Shown in pieces: positions 9,808 to 19,604 of a DNA stretch of 64,000 nucleotides (position 1 is the stretch's first letter; every line of letters starts with the position of its first letter). The stretch covers positions 1 to 64,000 of the forward strand of contig CAXXFV010000013.1 of assembly GCA_963674595.2 (NCBI GenBank). Reading direction: 5' to 3'. A program made the position numbers and the translations under genes. The notes under the pieces were generated by a model. The model had not been told where the DNA came from. It saw only the letters and a list, made by a program, of their open reading frames with translations, and made no database searches. This stretch comes from a bacterium. Lineage in GTDB: Bacteria; Zhuqueibacterota; Zhuqueibacteria; Residuimicrobiales; Krinioviventaceae.

Positions 9808-9990
9808 TAACAGGAATATGACTAACCAACCCAATCTCTTCCTCGTAAGTACTGTAACTTCCCATATATAATTTTAGAAATGGTAAATCAGCCAAAGGTA
9901 TCAGGCTCTCCCGTGCGCGACCAAATTGTCCTGAAAAATCAGTCCTTTTGTCTGACAGATAATTATACAAATTAAACAAAATCAAGGCAA
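9808..9990 (-). promoter_or_regulatory. Conserved promoter plus structured leader element, copy A
   Basis: -35 TTGCCT (9985-9990), 17 bp, -10 TATAAT (9962-9967); GTCAG..AAAGG..TCAGG..CCTGA..CCTTT..CTGAT-TTACC; AGGAA...TTCCT stem. Confidence 0.75.
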
Positions 9991-10019
9991 GATAATTTTT
10001 AAGAATGTAGAAAATAATT

Positions 10020-10215
10020 GCAGGGGTACATATCCTGTAGGGACAATTCATGAATTGCCCACCCTTCGACTTTGCTCAGGATGACACCGCTCACCTTAAT
10101 CTCTCACAATGTTCACAAAGGATGATTTTAACTATGATTTCTTTGTGTGCTTTGTGAGGATTTACATAAAACAGGGCATTTGCCCGGATCAGTTCATTGT
10201 CTGGGCCAAATCACG
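10020..10215. repeat. Intergenic REP-like palindrome mosaic
   Basis: GTAGGGACAATTCATGAATTGCCC, CTTCGACTTTGCTCAGGATGACAC, CTCACAA..TTGTGAG; about 90 bp near-identical to 8300-8385. Confidence 0.85.
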
Positions 10216-10242
10216 AACCCACTCTGCTACTTGATATATATA

Positions 10243-11355
10243 TTATTGACTCTGCTTTAAAGTTAAACCATCTATCCAAACTTCTTCTATTGGCAGGTAT
10301 ATTAATATTTCAACAGAACCGGTGTTTGAAGTAAAAAATGTCGTTTCTTTATAGGTCCAATCAACATCAATTGAATCAGCACTCCAATCAGGATTAAACA
10401 TTAAATGAGCTAATCCAGTTTGATTTTGATTAACATCTACAAAAACACTACCAATATCTGTAAATTTACCCCGGGCTTTAAACCAGCCTGAAAGTTTGTA
10501 TGTTATTTGCGGAACTAAATTAACAGGCTTGTTTAATGTTAACATTGTATATGTATTAATAGCTCCATCCGTATATGCTTTTGGATTACGATTATATAGA
10601 GCAGAATAACCTTCCATTTTTATGTTATCATCCAAAGTTGTAATATAGTTAGAACCTGAACCACGGCTAATATTCCAGTTTTGAATCAGGCTGTTCAAAT
10701 CCTCAAATTCACCATCCGGTATTAAATTACCAACGATGGTTTGTGCATTAACAATATTGCTTCCGCCCAACCTGCCATATTGATTCATTAAATAAACTCT
10801 ATAATAATATGTTTGTTGAGATAATAAATTTTTATCAGTAAATGTTGTGTCATTACGATTCGTTGAAACGTATATTAATTCTCCGGTAGTTTCATCCAGA
10901 CCAGGTGTGTCCCGTCTAAATAATTTATATTCATAAAAATCATCTGCATCTGTTGCATCCCAGGTTAATTTAATGGTTGACATTGATATATCTAAAGGGT
11001 CATACAGCAAAACAGGACGGGGTAATAGCAATGCATCTAAATTAATATCAGAATATACGGATATATTGGTGCTTTTTTCAACAAAACTTTCATTTTCATT
11101 TATTTGTTCTATATATAAATCATGTTTACCTTCACTCACATTTTGTATCTGAAACTCACCAGTTGGTGATGTCGTTACAGTCCAATTCAAAGCATTATCC
11201 ACACTTACTTTAACATTATTTACAGGTCCCTGAGAATTTAGTACGCTACCAGAAACGGTAAATAATTTTGTTTCAGGTTCGTTAGGAGATTTTCCACAAC
11301 CGGCATACACAATTAGAAGGAATAAAATTAATATGGAGGAAGCTGTTTTTTTCAT
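10243..11355 (-). CDS. Lipoprotein with carboxypeptidase-regulatory-like, fibronectin type III and carbohydrate-binding-like domains
   Basis: YAGC lipobox; FTDKNLLSQQTYYYRVY (FN3); NLIPDGEFE (CBM4/9-like start). Confidence 0.8.
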   Translation of the reverse strand: MKKTASSILILFLLIVYAGCGKSPNEPETKLFTVSGSVLNSQGPVNNVKVSVDNALNWTVTTSPTGEFQIQNVSEGKHDLYIEQINENESFVEKSTNISVYSDINLDALLLPRPVLLYDPLDISMSTIKLTWDATDADDFYEYKLFRRDTPGLDETTGELIYVSTNRNDTTFTDKNLLSQQTYYYRVYLMNQYGRLGGSNIVNAQTIVGNLIPDGEFEDLNSLIQNWNISRGSGSNYITTLDDNIKMEGYSALYNRNPKAYTDGAINTYTMLTLNKPVNLVPQITYKLSGWFKARGKFTDIGSVFVDVNQNQTGLAHLMFNPDWSADSIDVDWTYKETTFFTSNTGSVEILIYLPIEEVWIDGLTLKQSQ

Positions 11356-11454
11356 GATAGACACCTTTATTCAAGGCTAACATAATATTGACAAAATTTA
11401 TTAACCAATTAAAAATTACCAACCACACACCACCGCATCCAAGAGTTGTTGGCC

Positions 11455-11757
11455 GTGTTTTGATCGTACAAGGGTTCATACCCTTGGATGGATTAACAAA
11501 AGGGCTTTGCCCTTCTTTGCAAACAGTCTCTATGTATAGTTATAATGTGCAAAGGCCAAGCCTTTACTTTATTACGCCCAGAGGTAGGAACCTCTGGGCG
11601 ATCATACCTCCCGTCATCCCGAGCGGAGTCGAGGGATTCTCCCGCTCGCAGGGAATTTGCAATCCCCTGCGGAATCAATGGAACAGGGATTTTATCCCCA
11701 ATGTAAACAAACTCCCTCCTTCACCTGCGCTCAGGGTGACGCCGGTCAACAACCCGG
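11455..11757. repeat. Intergenic REP-like palindrome mosaic
   Basis: About 145 bp near-identical to 4914-5059, plus GTCATCCCGAGCGGAGTCGAGGGA and GCAGGG..TTTGCAATCCCCTGC modules. Confidence 0.9.
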
Positions 11758-12477
11758 TCACTTATTTTCTCTTCGTTCCCGCCTGTCCTCACGGCGTTCT
11801 CTTCGGTCTTCTCTTTGCTCTACTTTATCCTCAGTCAATTCAGCCTCAGTCGCAGCGATATCCGCTTCCATTGTCTGCTGAAATTCTTTCATCAACGTTA
11901 TATTGGCAATTGCTTTTTCGCGCAGTGTCGGGTTATCGGAAAAAGTGAACGCTTCCAGGGTACTCAAAATATGTTTCTGACGGGCAGTACGGGCAACCTG
12001 ATCATCAACATCTGCTTTGTCGTCTCTGGCATCTCTCCTGTCATCCCGCTTATCCCGACGGTCATCTCTCAGGTCTCTTCCCTCTCCCACATCGCCGTCG
12101 CCGTTTACCCGGTCTCTGCGGGATCGCCGGACTTCTCTTCTTGACGAGTTAACTTCAGAAACACTTTGAACCAATTCCTTTTCGTCCTGCGTAATTTTTC
12201 GCTCACTCTGTTCAATTTCCCGCCGCATATCGGTCATAATGTCTTGTTTCAATGATTTGACTTTAGCCATTTTTTTATCGGCAAAGGCCTCTTCAATGGC
12301 TGCAATCTTTTCTTTAAACGCTGCAAGTTGAGCCATATCTTTTTCCAATTGTGCCCTGTCAACTTTAATGGCTTTTTTATCATCGGTTGCCTCTTTCACA
12401 TTTCTGAGGACCTGAGCATGGCTGTTATGAACCAGCACCATCACTAAAAATATCATCAATCCAATGATTTTTTTCAT
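11758..12477 (-). CDS. Secreted coiled-coil protein with RDDRRD/REDRRE charge repeats
   Basis: Signal peptide ending SHA; low-complexity R/D/E runs; GGAG RBS. Confidence 0.8.
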   Translation of the reverse strand: MKKIIGLMIFLVMVLVHNSHAQVLRNVKEATDDKKAIKVDRAQLEKDMAQLAAFKEKIAAIEEAFADKKMAKVKSLKQDIMTDMRREIEQSERKITQDEKELVQSVSEVNSSRREVRRSRRDRVNGDGDVGEGRDLRDDRRDKRDDRRDARDDKADVDDQVARTARQKHILSTLEAFTFSDNPTLREKAIANITLMKEFQQTMEADIAATEAELTEDKVEQREDRRERREDRRERRENK

Positions 12478-12646
12478 GATCTACTCCTTTTTAAAATTTT
12501 AATGTCAATTTTTACATGACTTTTGCTTTACAATCTAAAATCAGGCTGCAGAGTACGGTCCTGTCGCAATAGTTATATAGTATAAACGTTCCGGTTTATA
12601 AAAGACATACCCCACTCACTCCAACCCAAATATTTAAACCATGAAA

Positions 12647-12828
12647 TAACAGGAATATGATATTGCAACCTACGCAATCTCTTCCTCGCGTGTATGTTGG
12701 AATCCCATTTATATGTTTAGTAAATCAGCCAAAAATCTTCAGGCACTCCCGCGCGCCACCAAATCGTCCTGAAAAATCTCCATTATTGCTGATAAATCAA
12801 TTATACAAATTAAATAAAAACAAGGCAA
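12647..12828 (-). promoter_or_regulatory. Conserved promoter plus structured leader element, copy B
   Basis: TTGCCT (12823-12828)-N17-TATAAT (12800-12805); ATCAGC..TCAGG..CCTGA..GCTGAT-TTAC; GAGGAAGAGATTGC..GCAATATCATATTCCTG. Confidence 0.75.
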
Positions 12829-12856
12829 GGGATTTTTAAAAAATGTTAATTATTCA

Positions 12857-15145
12857 TTAACTTTTGGTATCCAGTTTTATAAGAACATTTTCAGACAGTT
12901 GCAGTTCAAGCAGGGACTGAAGAAAAGCCAGTGTAGACTCTGCACCCTGGTTTTCGTTAATGCGGTCAGGATGTAAACCGTCCTGGCAGCCTCCGGTAAT
13001 GGGATCGTATAAAGAGAGATTCAAGTCGTTACGCCCAAGAAACCATTCAAAGGCACGGCGGGCTTCCTTGCGCCACTTTTTGTCAAGCGTAATCCGATAC
13101 GCTTCAAGACATGCTGAAACCATCGTTTGTGCTTCCACAGGTTGTTGATCAAATCGTGCACGAGGACTCCCCTTCACATAAAAACCATTGGAGCCTATAG
13201 GAACAAAATATCCGGAACCCGAACGCTGTAATTCCTTCAACCAATTCAACGATTCCAGACCGGCTTCGGTTAAAAGGGTATTTGACATAACTCGACCGGA
13301 AACAAGTAATGCATGGGGCAATACTGCGTTACAATAAGTCAACCTGTTTTCATACCATCTCCATTCAGCTGAATAATTGTTTTGATATAACTTGAAAAGT
13401 CGATTTGCAAGTTCCTCAAGGACCAGGTTGGCACGGCGATCACCTTCAAAGCGCTGCAAATATTCATGAATTCCAATAATGGAAAAAGACCAGGCCCGGG
13501 GACTGGTTGTATCAATAATGGCAGGCAGGGCCTTTTCAAAAATATGGCTCGCCATACTTTGTAAAGCCGGTATGTTAGAACGTCCCAGCAGAGTTCCCAA
13601 TGCCCACAATGTTCGTCCATGACTGTCCTGAGAGCCGCTTTCTTCCAACCAGTTACGCTGATAGTCCATAAAATTACGAAAGCGCCCTGTTTTATCATTA
13701 AATGCATACCAGATAAAGGCGAGATATCGGGAAGCGAATTTTAACGCATCTTTATTGCCGATTGCTTCTAAAAAAGCACTCACTATGAGCGCACGTGCAT
13801 TGTCGTCAATAGAATATCCTTCCTGATAATTTGGAATTGTGAAAACAGCATGTTGTATCATGCCTGTTTCATCTGTCATATTCCGTAAATGATCCAGTTT
13901 TAGGTTTGGTAATTCACCCGGTCTTTTATCTAAAGGTTTAACAGCAAAATCCGGATTAGCGAAATGACGTCGTTCAGTCCGTGCACGTTCAAAGCTTTTT
14001 ATATATAATTTGGCCACCTGTGGCCAAATCATCTCTCGCCCAAAAACATAGGCACGTTTGCGCATTGCATGACGTTCCGATTCGTTATTTAAAAGTTCAA
14101 TTACCTGGTCTGCAAGGGCAGCAGGATCTTTAAAAGGGACTAAAACGCCGCGTCCATCAGCCAGCATTTCTTCCGCATACCAATACGGTGTAGAAATAAC
14201 CGCTTTGCCTGCTCCCAGTGTGTAAGCAAGTGTTCCAGAAGTTATTTGTGCGGCATTTAGATAGGGCGTAATATAAATATCTGCCGCACTGATGAATTGA
14301 ACGAGTTCTTCCAGGCTCACATAACGATTATAAAAAATAACCTGACTTTCAACACCTAACTCTTGGGCCAGCCATTGTAAGGACAACCGGTATTTTTCAC
14401 CTTCATTTCGCAGCACCTGAGGGTGTGTGGCTCCAAGGATAATGTATACAATATTCGGGTGTTTTTTTGATATTGCAGGAAGGGCTGAAATGACATTTTC
14501 TATGCCTTTACTCGCGGAAAGAAGTCCAAAACTTAGTAAAACGGTTTTACCTTCAACTCCAAACAAGTCTTTGTGAAAACTCGGATCAACAAAAGAGACA
14601 TCCGGAATTCCATGATGTATCATATCAATCTTTTCCGGCTGTATACCATAAATGTTTTGCAAAAATTCCGCCCCGCGTTTGCTCATAACAATTATCCGGT
14701 CAGACAATGAAGCAACTTCCATCAACACTTTTTTCTGCTCGGGAGTGGGTTCACGCAAAATTGTGTGTAATGTTGTAACAATGGGCATCCGCAGTTCATG
14801 TAAAAGCTCAAGAATATGGCTTCCGGCACGTCCGCCAAAAATGCCGTATTCATGCTGCAGGGAGACAATGTCTACATTATTGATATTTAAAAACTCGGCA
14901 GCGCGCCGATAAGAATCGATGTTTTTCTCCACAAGTTCAAATCTGACACTGGACGGATAGGTGTAACCCTCTTCAATATCATTAACCGGTACAGCTATAC
15001 AGGCTGTTTTATTATATTGATCGGCAATTGCTTTACACAAGTCGGTAGTAAATGTAGCGATACCACATTGACGCGGCATAAAAGTACCAATAAACGCAAT
15101 GCGTTTTAATATTGATTGGTTTGTATCGGGTTCCATAATAAACAT
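12857..15145 (-). CDS. Family 4 glycosyltransferase with C-terminal six-hairpin glycosidase-like domain
   Basis: PRQCGIATFT, QHEYGIFGG, TPYLN..QITSGTLAY, VISTPYWYAEE; C-terminal GYSIDDNARAL, FDQQPVEA, NENQGAESTLA. Confidence 0.9.
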   Translation of the reverse strand: MFIMEPDTNQSILKRIAFIGTFMPRQCGIATFTTDLCKAIADQYNKTACIAVPVNDIEEGYTYPSSVRFELVEKNIDSYRRAAEFLNINNVDIVSLQHEYGIFGGRAGSHILELLHELRMPIVTTLHTILREPTPEQKKVLMEVASLSDRIIVMSKRGAEFLQNIYGIQPEKIDMIHHGIPDVSFVDPSFHKDLFGVEGKTVLLSFGLLSASKGIENVISALPAISKKHPNIVYIILGATHPQVLRNEGEKYRLSLQWLAQELGVESQVIFYNRYVSLEELVQFISAADIYITPYLNAAQITSGTLAYTLGAGKAVISTPYWYAEEMLADGRGVLVPFKDPAALADQVIELLNNESERHAMRKRAYVFGREMIWPQVAKLYIKSFERARTERRHFANPDFAVKPLDKRPGELPNLKLDHLRNMTDETGMIQHAVFTIPNYQEGYSIDDNARALIVSAFLEAIGNKDALKFASRYLAFIWYAFNDKTGRFRNFMDYQRNWLEESGSQDSHGRTLWALGTLLGRSNIPALQSMASHIFEKALPAIIDTTSPRAWSFSIIGIHEYLQRFEGDRRANLVLEELANRLFKLYQNNYSAEWRWYENRLTYCNAVLPHALLVSGRVMSNTLLTEAGLESLNWLKELQRSGSGYFVPIGSNGFYVKGSPRARFDQQPVEAQTMVSACLEAYRITLDKKWRKEARRAFEWFLGRNDLNLSLYDPITGGCQDGLHPDRINENQGAESTLAFLQSLLELQLSENVLIKLDTKS

Positions 15146-15395
15146 CTCTTTTCCGGAAAATTTTCCTTTTTGTTACCTCTTGGTTAATACATAAAAATGG
15201 ATGGTTTCATTATTTAATGTTTTAACGGATTGTCCATATTTTGGGTTAGCGCAAATATTTTTAGTGAGGAAGGTGAGCCGCAGTTATCCATCTGATTAAA
15301 AGAATCAGACCAGGGATATTCGTCTTACTTTTCCCTGGTCAAATTGTTCTAATAATATGCTAAAGTATTTGTAAGATAATCTTTTATGTGTTGAT

Positions 15396-16250
15396 TTATT
15401 TATTTAGCGGAACAACACCAGCCATCTCGCCAATAACATTAACCAATTCAGACCCAACAGGAACAACTATTTTTGTATTATTCTCAAGGGCTGCTTCAAC
15501 AGTCTGCAGCTTTCTTAATAATTGTGCATTTCCAATAAAATATTTATTTGCCGCCTCGTTCACTAATCTAATAGCCTCTGCATCGCCTTCTGCATGCAAA
15601 ATGCTGGCCTGCTTTACGCCTTCAGCTTCTTTGATTTTTGATCGTTTTTCACCGTCTGCTCTTGTTTCAGTCGCTGTAGCAAAATCTATGGATGATATTT
15701 TTTCATTTTCAGCTTTTACGACTTTGTTCATTGTTTCCTGAACATCTGCCGGAGGGTCTATTTCTTTTAGCTCGGTTCGCACAATTTCAATTCCCCAACT
15801 TTTGGTTTCTTCATGTAATGTTTTGTGCAGCTCGGAATTGATTTTTCCCCGCTCACTATTAGCAGATTTTAGTGTAAGTGTTCCGATTATATTCCTTAAC
15901 GTGGTCCGGGCAAGGTTTACTATCTGCCATTGATAATTATTCACATTATATTGCGAGCTTTTAACACTTTCTTCATCAAGTTTTACTTTAAAATAAACTT
16001 GTGCATCAACTCGTGCGTTTAAATTGTCGTTGGTAATTATTTCCTGCGGTTCTGCGTCTATCATTTGTTCCGTTGTATTTACCTTGAACATTTTTTCTAT
16101 TCCAGGGATTACCCAATGAAAACCCGGATTGGAAAAACGATTATATTTTCCGAATCGCTCTACTAAACCCCTATGTGTCGGCCTTACAATTTTTATCCCG
16201 ATTATAAAAATCAGGAAAAGAACTGCTATGATAAAAGTTATAGTATTCAT
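15396..16250 (-). CDS. SPFH/band 7 (stomatin-like) protein
   Basis: GLVERFGKY, QEIITNDN, TTLRNIIG, WGIEIVRTELKEIDPP. Confidence 0.92.
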   Translation of the reverse strand: MNTITFIIAVLFLIFIIGIKIVRPTHRGLVERFGKYNRFSNPGFHWVIPGIEKMFKVNTTEQMIDAEPQEIITNDNLNARVDAQVYFKVKLDEESVKSSQYNVNNYQWQIVNLARTTLRNIIGTLTLKSANSERGKINSELHKTLHEETKSWGIEIVRTELKEIDPPADVQETMNKVVKAENEKISSIDFATATETRADGEKRSKIKEAEGVKQASILHAEGDAEAIRLVNEAANKYFIGNAQLLRKLQTVEAALENNTKIVVPVGSELVNVIGEMAGVVPLNK

Positions 16251-16325
16251 TTTGTCTGCCTTTTTTTGTAAGTTAGAACAATCTTTTTTCTGAATTATAA
16301 TTTAAACTTTGGATATTGTTTTGTT

Positions 16326-17216
16326 TCACTTTGTATCCAAAATTATCGGCAAACCGTCTTTGCCGGCGCCGACAATAATTACTTTTGTATTGGGTGAGCT
16401 TGCAAGCTTTTCTGTTGCTTCAATGCCTTTCCAACGAAGTAATTGTTCGCTGATACCTGCAGCAACAATAGACTGAAAATCTGCAATACCTTTTGCTTCT
16501 ATCCGCTTCCTGTCTGCTTCCTGCTTTTCTTTTGTAAGGATAAATTCCATCCGCTGACTTTCCTGATCAGCTTTTTGCTTTTGCTCAATTGCTTCAGTAA
16601 GCTGGACCGGCAGTGCAACATTACGTAAAGGTGTGGTTTCTATAGTGACTCCACGCGGGGCAACTATCCTGGCTAGTTCTTCCTGAATAGCCATACCCAG
16701 CTGGTCCCTTTCGGTTGAATAAAGCGCACTCGCTTGAAAACTTGCAGTAACGGCACGGCTGATAGAACGAAATTGGGGAATGAGGATAATGGTCTCATAA
16801 TCGCCTCCGGCTACAGTTTTGTAAACACGAGCTGCAGAGTCTGGGTTAAGTCTGTAAAGAGCGCTTATCTCTAAACCAATAGTCAGACCTTCACGTGAGA
16901 GCACCTCCATTGTTTCCTTATGTTCCTTGGTTTGTATTGAAAATTTAATAATACGTGCAAATGGATTAACGATATTTATACCAGCTGGCAGTGTTCTTGC
17001 TGATACAATACCAAAGGTATCTATTACGCCAACATGTCCGGCAGGCACTTGTGTGAAAAACTGAATCAATGCAAGAATGCCAGCAGCAACCATTGTAAAA
17101 AGACTTATATTACTGCCTGATCGATATATAGTATTGTTTTGTTTCACCTGTCTTGCGGTATATCGCCAGGAAAAAAATGCGGTTATAGTAATGAGTACTG
17201 ATAATATAAAAATCAT
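16326..17216 (-). CDS. SPFH (prohibitin-like) protein
   Basis: VPAGHVGV, AIEQKQ, EADRKRIEAKGIA, LLRWKGIEAT. Confidence 0.9.
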   Translation of the reverse strand: MIFILSVLITITAFFSWRYTARQVKQNNTIYRSGSNISLFTMVAAGILALIQFFTQVPAGHVGVIDTFGIVSARTLPAGINIVNPFARIIKFSIQTKEHKETMEVLSREGLTIGLEISALYRLNPDSAARVYKTVAGGDYETIILIPQFRSISRAVTASFQASALYSTERDQLGMAIQEELARIVAPRGVTIETTPLRNVALPVQLTEAIEQKQKADQESQRMEFILTKEKQEADRKRIEAKGIADFQSIVAAGISEQLLRWKGIEATEKLASSPNTKVIIVGAGKDGLPIILDTK

Positions 17217-17239
17217 GATATTCTCCGGTTATTTTTAGT

Positions 17240-18895
17240 TTATGTTTTTATCAATTCCAAATATAATTCGGCTTTCTGGCTATATTGTTCTGTTAAAGAC
17301 ATATCCTGTTTTTCTTTAAAGTCACGGGCCTCAATAGCTTTAATCTCTTGAGTGATATGTTTAATTGTAAAGTTTGACTGTTTTTGAAAATGGATAAACA
17401 TAGCAGAAAGGCTGACAGCCGCTTCTATGTTTTTAGGGTTCTTGAACAAAACCTCTAAAAGCATTTTAAAATAAGGCCGTGCGATTGACTTGTCTTTTCC
17501 AAGTTGACGGCTAATCTTTATTAAGACCAAACTTGATTTTAAACTTTTAAACCACCCCTGTTTATACCTGGGAACTCTCTTCAAATCAAGCGCAACACCT
17601 GTCACTCTTTTAAAATAGTTAACCGGATCATAGACGGCACGTTCTATCCGTACAAAATCTTTCAAAATATCAATCCTCGGCCTGTTGGTGATAAAGTTTA
17701 AACCGCTTGTTGTCTGGTCGACCATGGTCTGATTATTATCAAGTTTCGAACTATTATCAAACAACCTTTTTTCTTTTCTCAAACGTTTTGACAATTTGGT
17801 ATTGGGTAATGCGTATAGCATGCCAATCATAGCCATGCAAATGTTTGAATCCTGGATACACCGGACCATGTTGTCAGCGATTTGATGGCTCTCATGATCA
17901 AAACCAATAATAAAACCGGCATTAACAATCATCCCGTATGAGTGTATCTTTCTGGTTGTCATCTCAACAGATTTGTTTATATTCGCTGTTTTGTTTGTCA
18001 TAATCAGCGCTAAATCTTCCGGGGTTTCTATACCTATAAAGACATATCGAAAATCAACCTCTTTCATCATTTGCATCAATTCTTCATCGTCTGCCAGATT
18101 GATAGAGCATTCTGTTGATAAAAAAAATGGATAATTGTACCATTCCAGCCATCTTTTTATGGCAGGTAATAATCTTTTTACCTTTCTCTTGTTTCCGATA
18201 AAATTGTCATCCACAATATCAATATGTCCCCGGTAACCCAAATCATAAAGGGTTTGAAGTTCCCGAATAATCTGTTCAGGATTTTTAGTACGCGGTGAAC
18301 TGCCAAATAGTTCAACAATATCGCAAAACTCACATTGGAACGGGCAGCCCCGTGAATATTGAATGCCGATTTGTAAATAATCCTCAAACCGGATTAAATC
18401 AAACCTCGGAACAACGGCCTGCATCATGTCCGCTTTTTCTTTAGATTGATACAAACCTCTTGTATAACCTTTTTCCCAATCGGCCAGAAAACAAGGTATC
18501 GTCACTTCACCTTCACCAAGGACCAAAAAGTCAGCAGATTGATACAACTCGGGCTGGGATGTTGGATCAGGCCCGCCCACGACAACCGGCAGATTAAACT
18601 GATGTGCCCTGTCAATAATGGAAAGCATATTAGCTTGTTGAGGCAGCATACCTCCAATGCATACAATATCCGCCCATTCAAAATGTTCATCAAGGACCTC
18701 TTTAACATTTTGATCTAAAAGTTTGAACGTCCATTGCTGGGGGAGTAAAGCGGCAACCGTCAGCAGTCCCAAAGGTGCAGCCGGGTATTTCGCACCGACC
18801 AATTCACAGACATCCGTATAATTCCAGTAACTAAAAGCAGAAAACTTTGGCTGTACCATTAAACACCTGGTATTGGGTTGTGGTAATGTTTTCAT
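17240..18895 (-). CDS. B12-binding radical SAM protein (DUF4070-type C-terminus)
   Basis: PLGLLTVAALLP, VVVGGP, SRGCPFQCEFC (CxxxCxxC), DDNFIG. Confidence 0.92.
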   Translation of the reverse strand: MKTLPQPNTRCLMVQPKFSAFSYWNYTDVCELVGAKYPAAPLGLLTVAALLPQQWTFKLLDQNVKEVLDEHFEWADIVCIGGMLPQQANMLSIIDRAHQFNLPVVVGGPDPTSQPELYQSADFLVLGEGEVTIPCFLADWEKGYTRGLYQSKEKADMMQAVVPRFDLIRFEDYLQIGIQYSRGCPFQCEFCDIVELFGSSPRTKNPEQIIRELQTLYDLGYRGHIDIVDDNFIGNKRKVKRLLPAIKRWLEWYNYPFFLSTECSINLADDEELMQMMKEVDFRYVFIGIETPEDLALIMTNKTANINKSVEMTTRKIHSYGMIVNAGFIIGFDHESHQIADNMVRCIQDSNICMAMIGMLYALPNTKLSKRLRKEKRLFDNSSKLDNNQTMVDQTTSGLNFITNRPRIDILKDFVRIERAVYDPVNYFKRVTGVALDLKRVPRYKQGWFKSLKSSLVLIKISRQLGKDKSIARPYFKMLLEVLFKNPKNIEAAVSLSAMFIHFQKQSNFTIKHITQEIKAIEARDFKEKQDMSLTEQYSQKAELYLELIKT

Positions 18896-18993
18896 ATTAA
18901 ATCTTTCATAATATTCAAGTTTCGTTTAAACTTTTACGAATCGTTTCCGGCTTGCACAACAACATTATTATTTTTCAATAATAACCGCTGGCA

Positions 18994-19287
18994 CTAAGAT
19001 GTATATGCATAAATTTTGATTGCATCATCACTAATAATATATTCAGGACAGATCATTTTAAGCATGGTTTTAAAATTCAGAAACAAGTTGCTTAAAATTT
19101 CATAAGAAACCCCGCTATTGGCAATTTTTACAATATAATCATCGGAATCAATTTGCAACACTTGAAGGTATTCGGGATCATTGTTCATAAAATAAGGTTT
19201 AACTGAAGTTTTGCTGGAATCAAGATTGTCCTGTAGTTTATCATTTATTTTTATACCTACAATGATCTTGTTATTATTATGTTGCAT
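18994..19287 (-). CDS. Small hypothetical protein
   Basis: GGAG RBS before ATG at 19287; co-oriented within the cluster. Confidence 0.6.
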   Translation of the reverse strand: MQHNNNKIIVGIKINDKLQDNLDSSKTSVKPYFMNNDPEYLQVLQIDSDDYIVKIANSGVSYEILSNLFLNFKTMLKMICPEYIISDDAIKIYAYTS

Positions 19288-19407
19288 AGGAAACTCCAAA
19301 TTCTTTTGGCTTGCTTTCTTCAAGTTCTACAATTCCATCGTTATTCCCGGTCGTTTTGAATTTTTATCCGTTAAAAAAATGAATTAAAGCAAGATATAGA
19401 ATAGATA

Positions 19408-19534
19408 TTATTTTTTATTTTCATCAAAAATTGCTGCCGGATTATTTTTCTCTTTATTTTTAATTTTTTTTTCTTCCTGTTTTACTTTTTGTTTTTTTTC
19501 TTTTATCCATATCTTTTTTTCCTTTATCACCCAT
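19408..19534 (-). pseudogene. Small Lys-rich ORF (MGDKGKKD...) with an apparent +1 frameshift in an A8 tract
   Basis: AGGAG RBS; as written it stops after 24 aa; removing one A at 19492-19499 gives a 41-aa MGDKGKKDMDKRKKQKVKQEEKKIKNKEKNNPAAIFDENKK. Confidence 0.5.
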
Positions 19535-19604
19535 TTTTTACTCCTTTTTTGATAGAAAATTAGCTTTTAAGGGCCTATACACATAACTGACAATAATTTA
19601 TTAA

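Noticed and set aside
9910-9924. TCCCGTGCGCGACCA resembling a tRNA 3' end or an att site
   Set aside because: There is no TTCG T-loop or cloverleaf upstream. It is kept only as a loop sequence to test within the leader finding.
11375-11402. dif-like site (TTATGTTA XerD-like arm)
   Set aside because: The XerC arm does not match. It is better explained as a GTTAGCC cassette-type boundary or as chance.
12657-12839. FRHS motif suggesting the promoter element is a tyrosine-recombinase relic
   Set aside because: The frame and motif are not kept in other copies. Conservation follows base-pairing and promoter spacing rather than codons.
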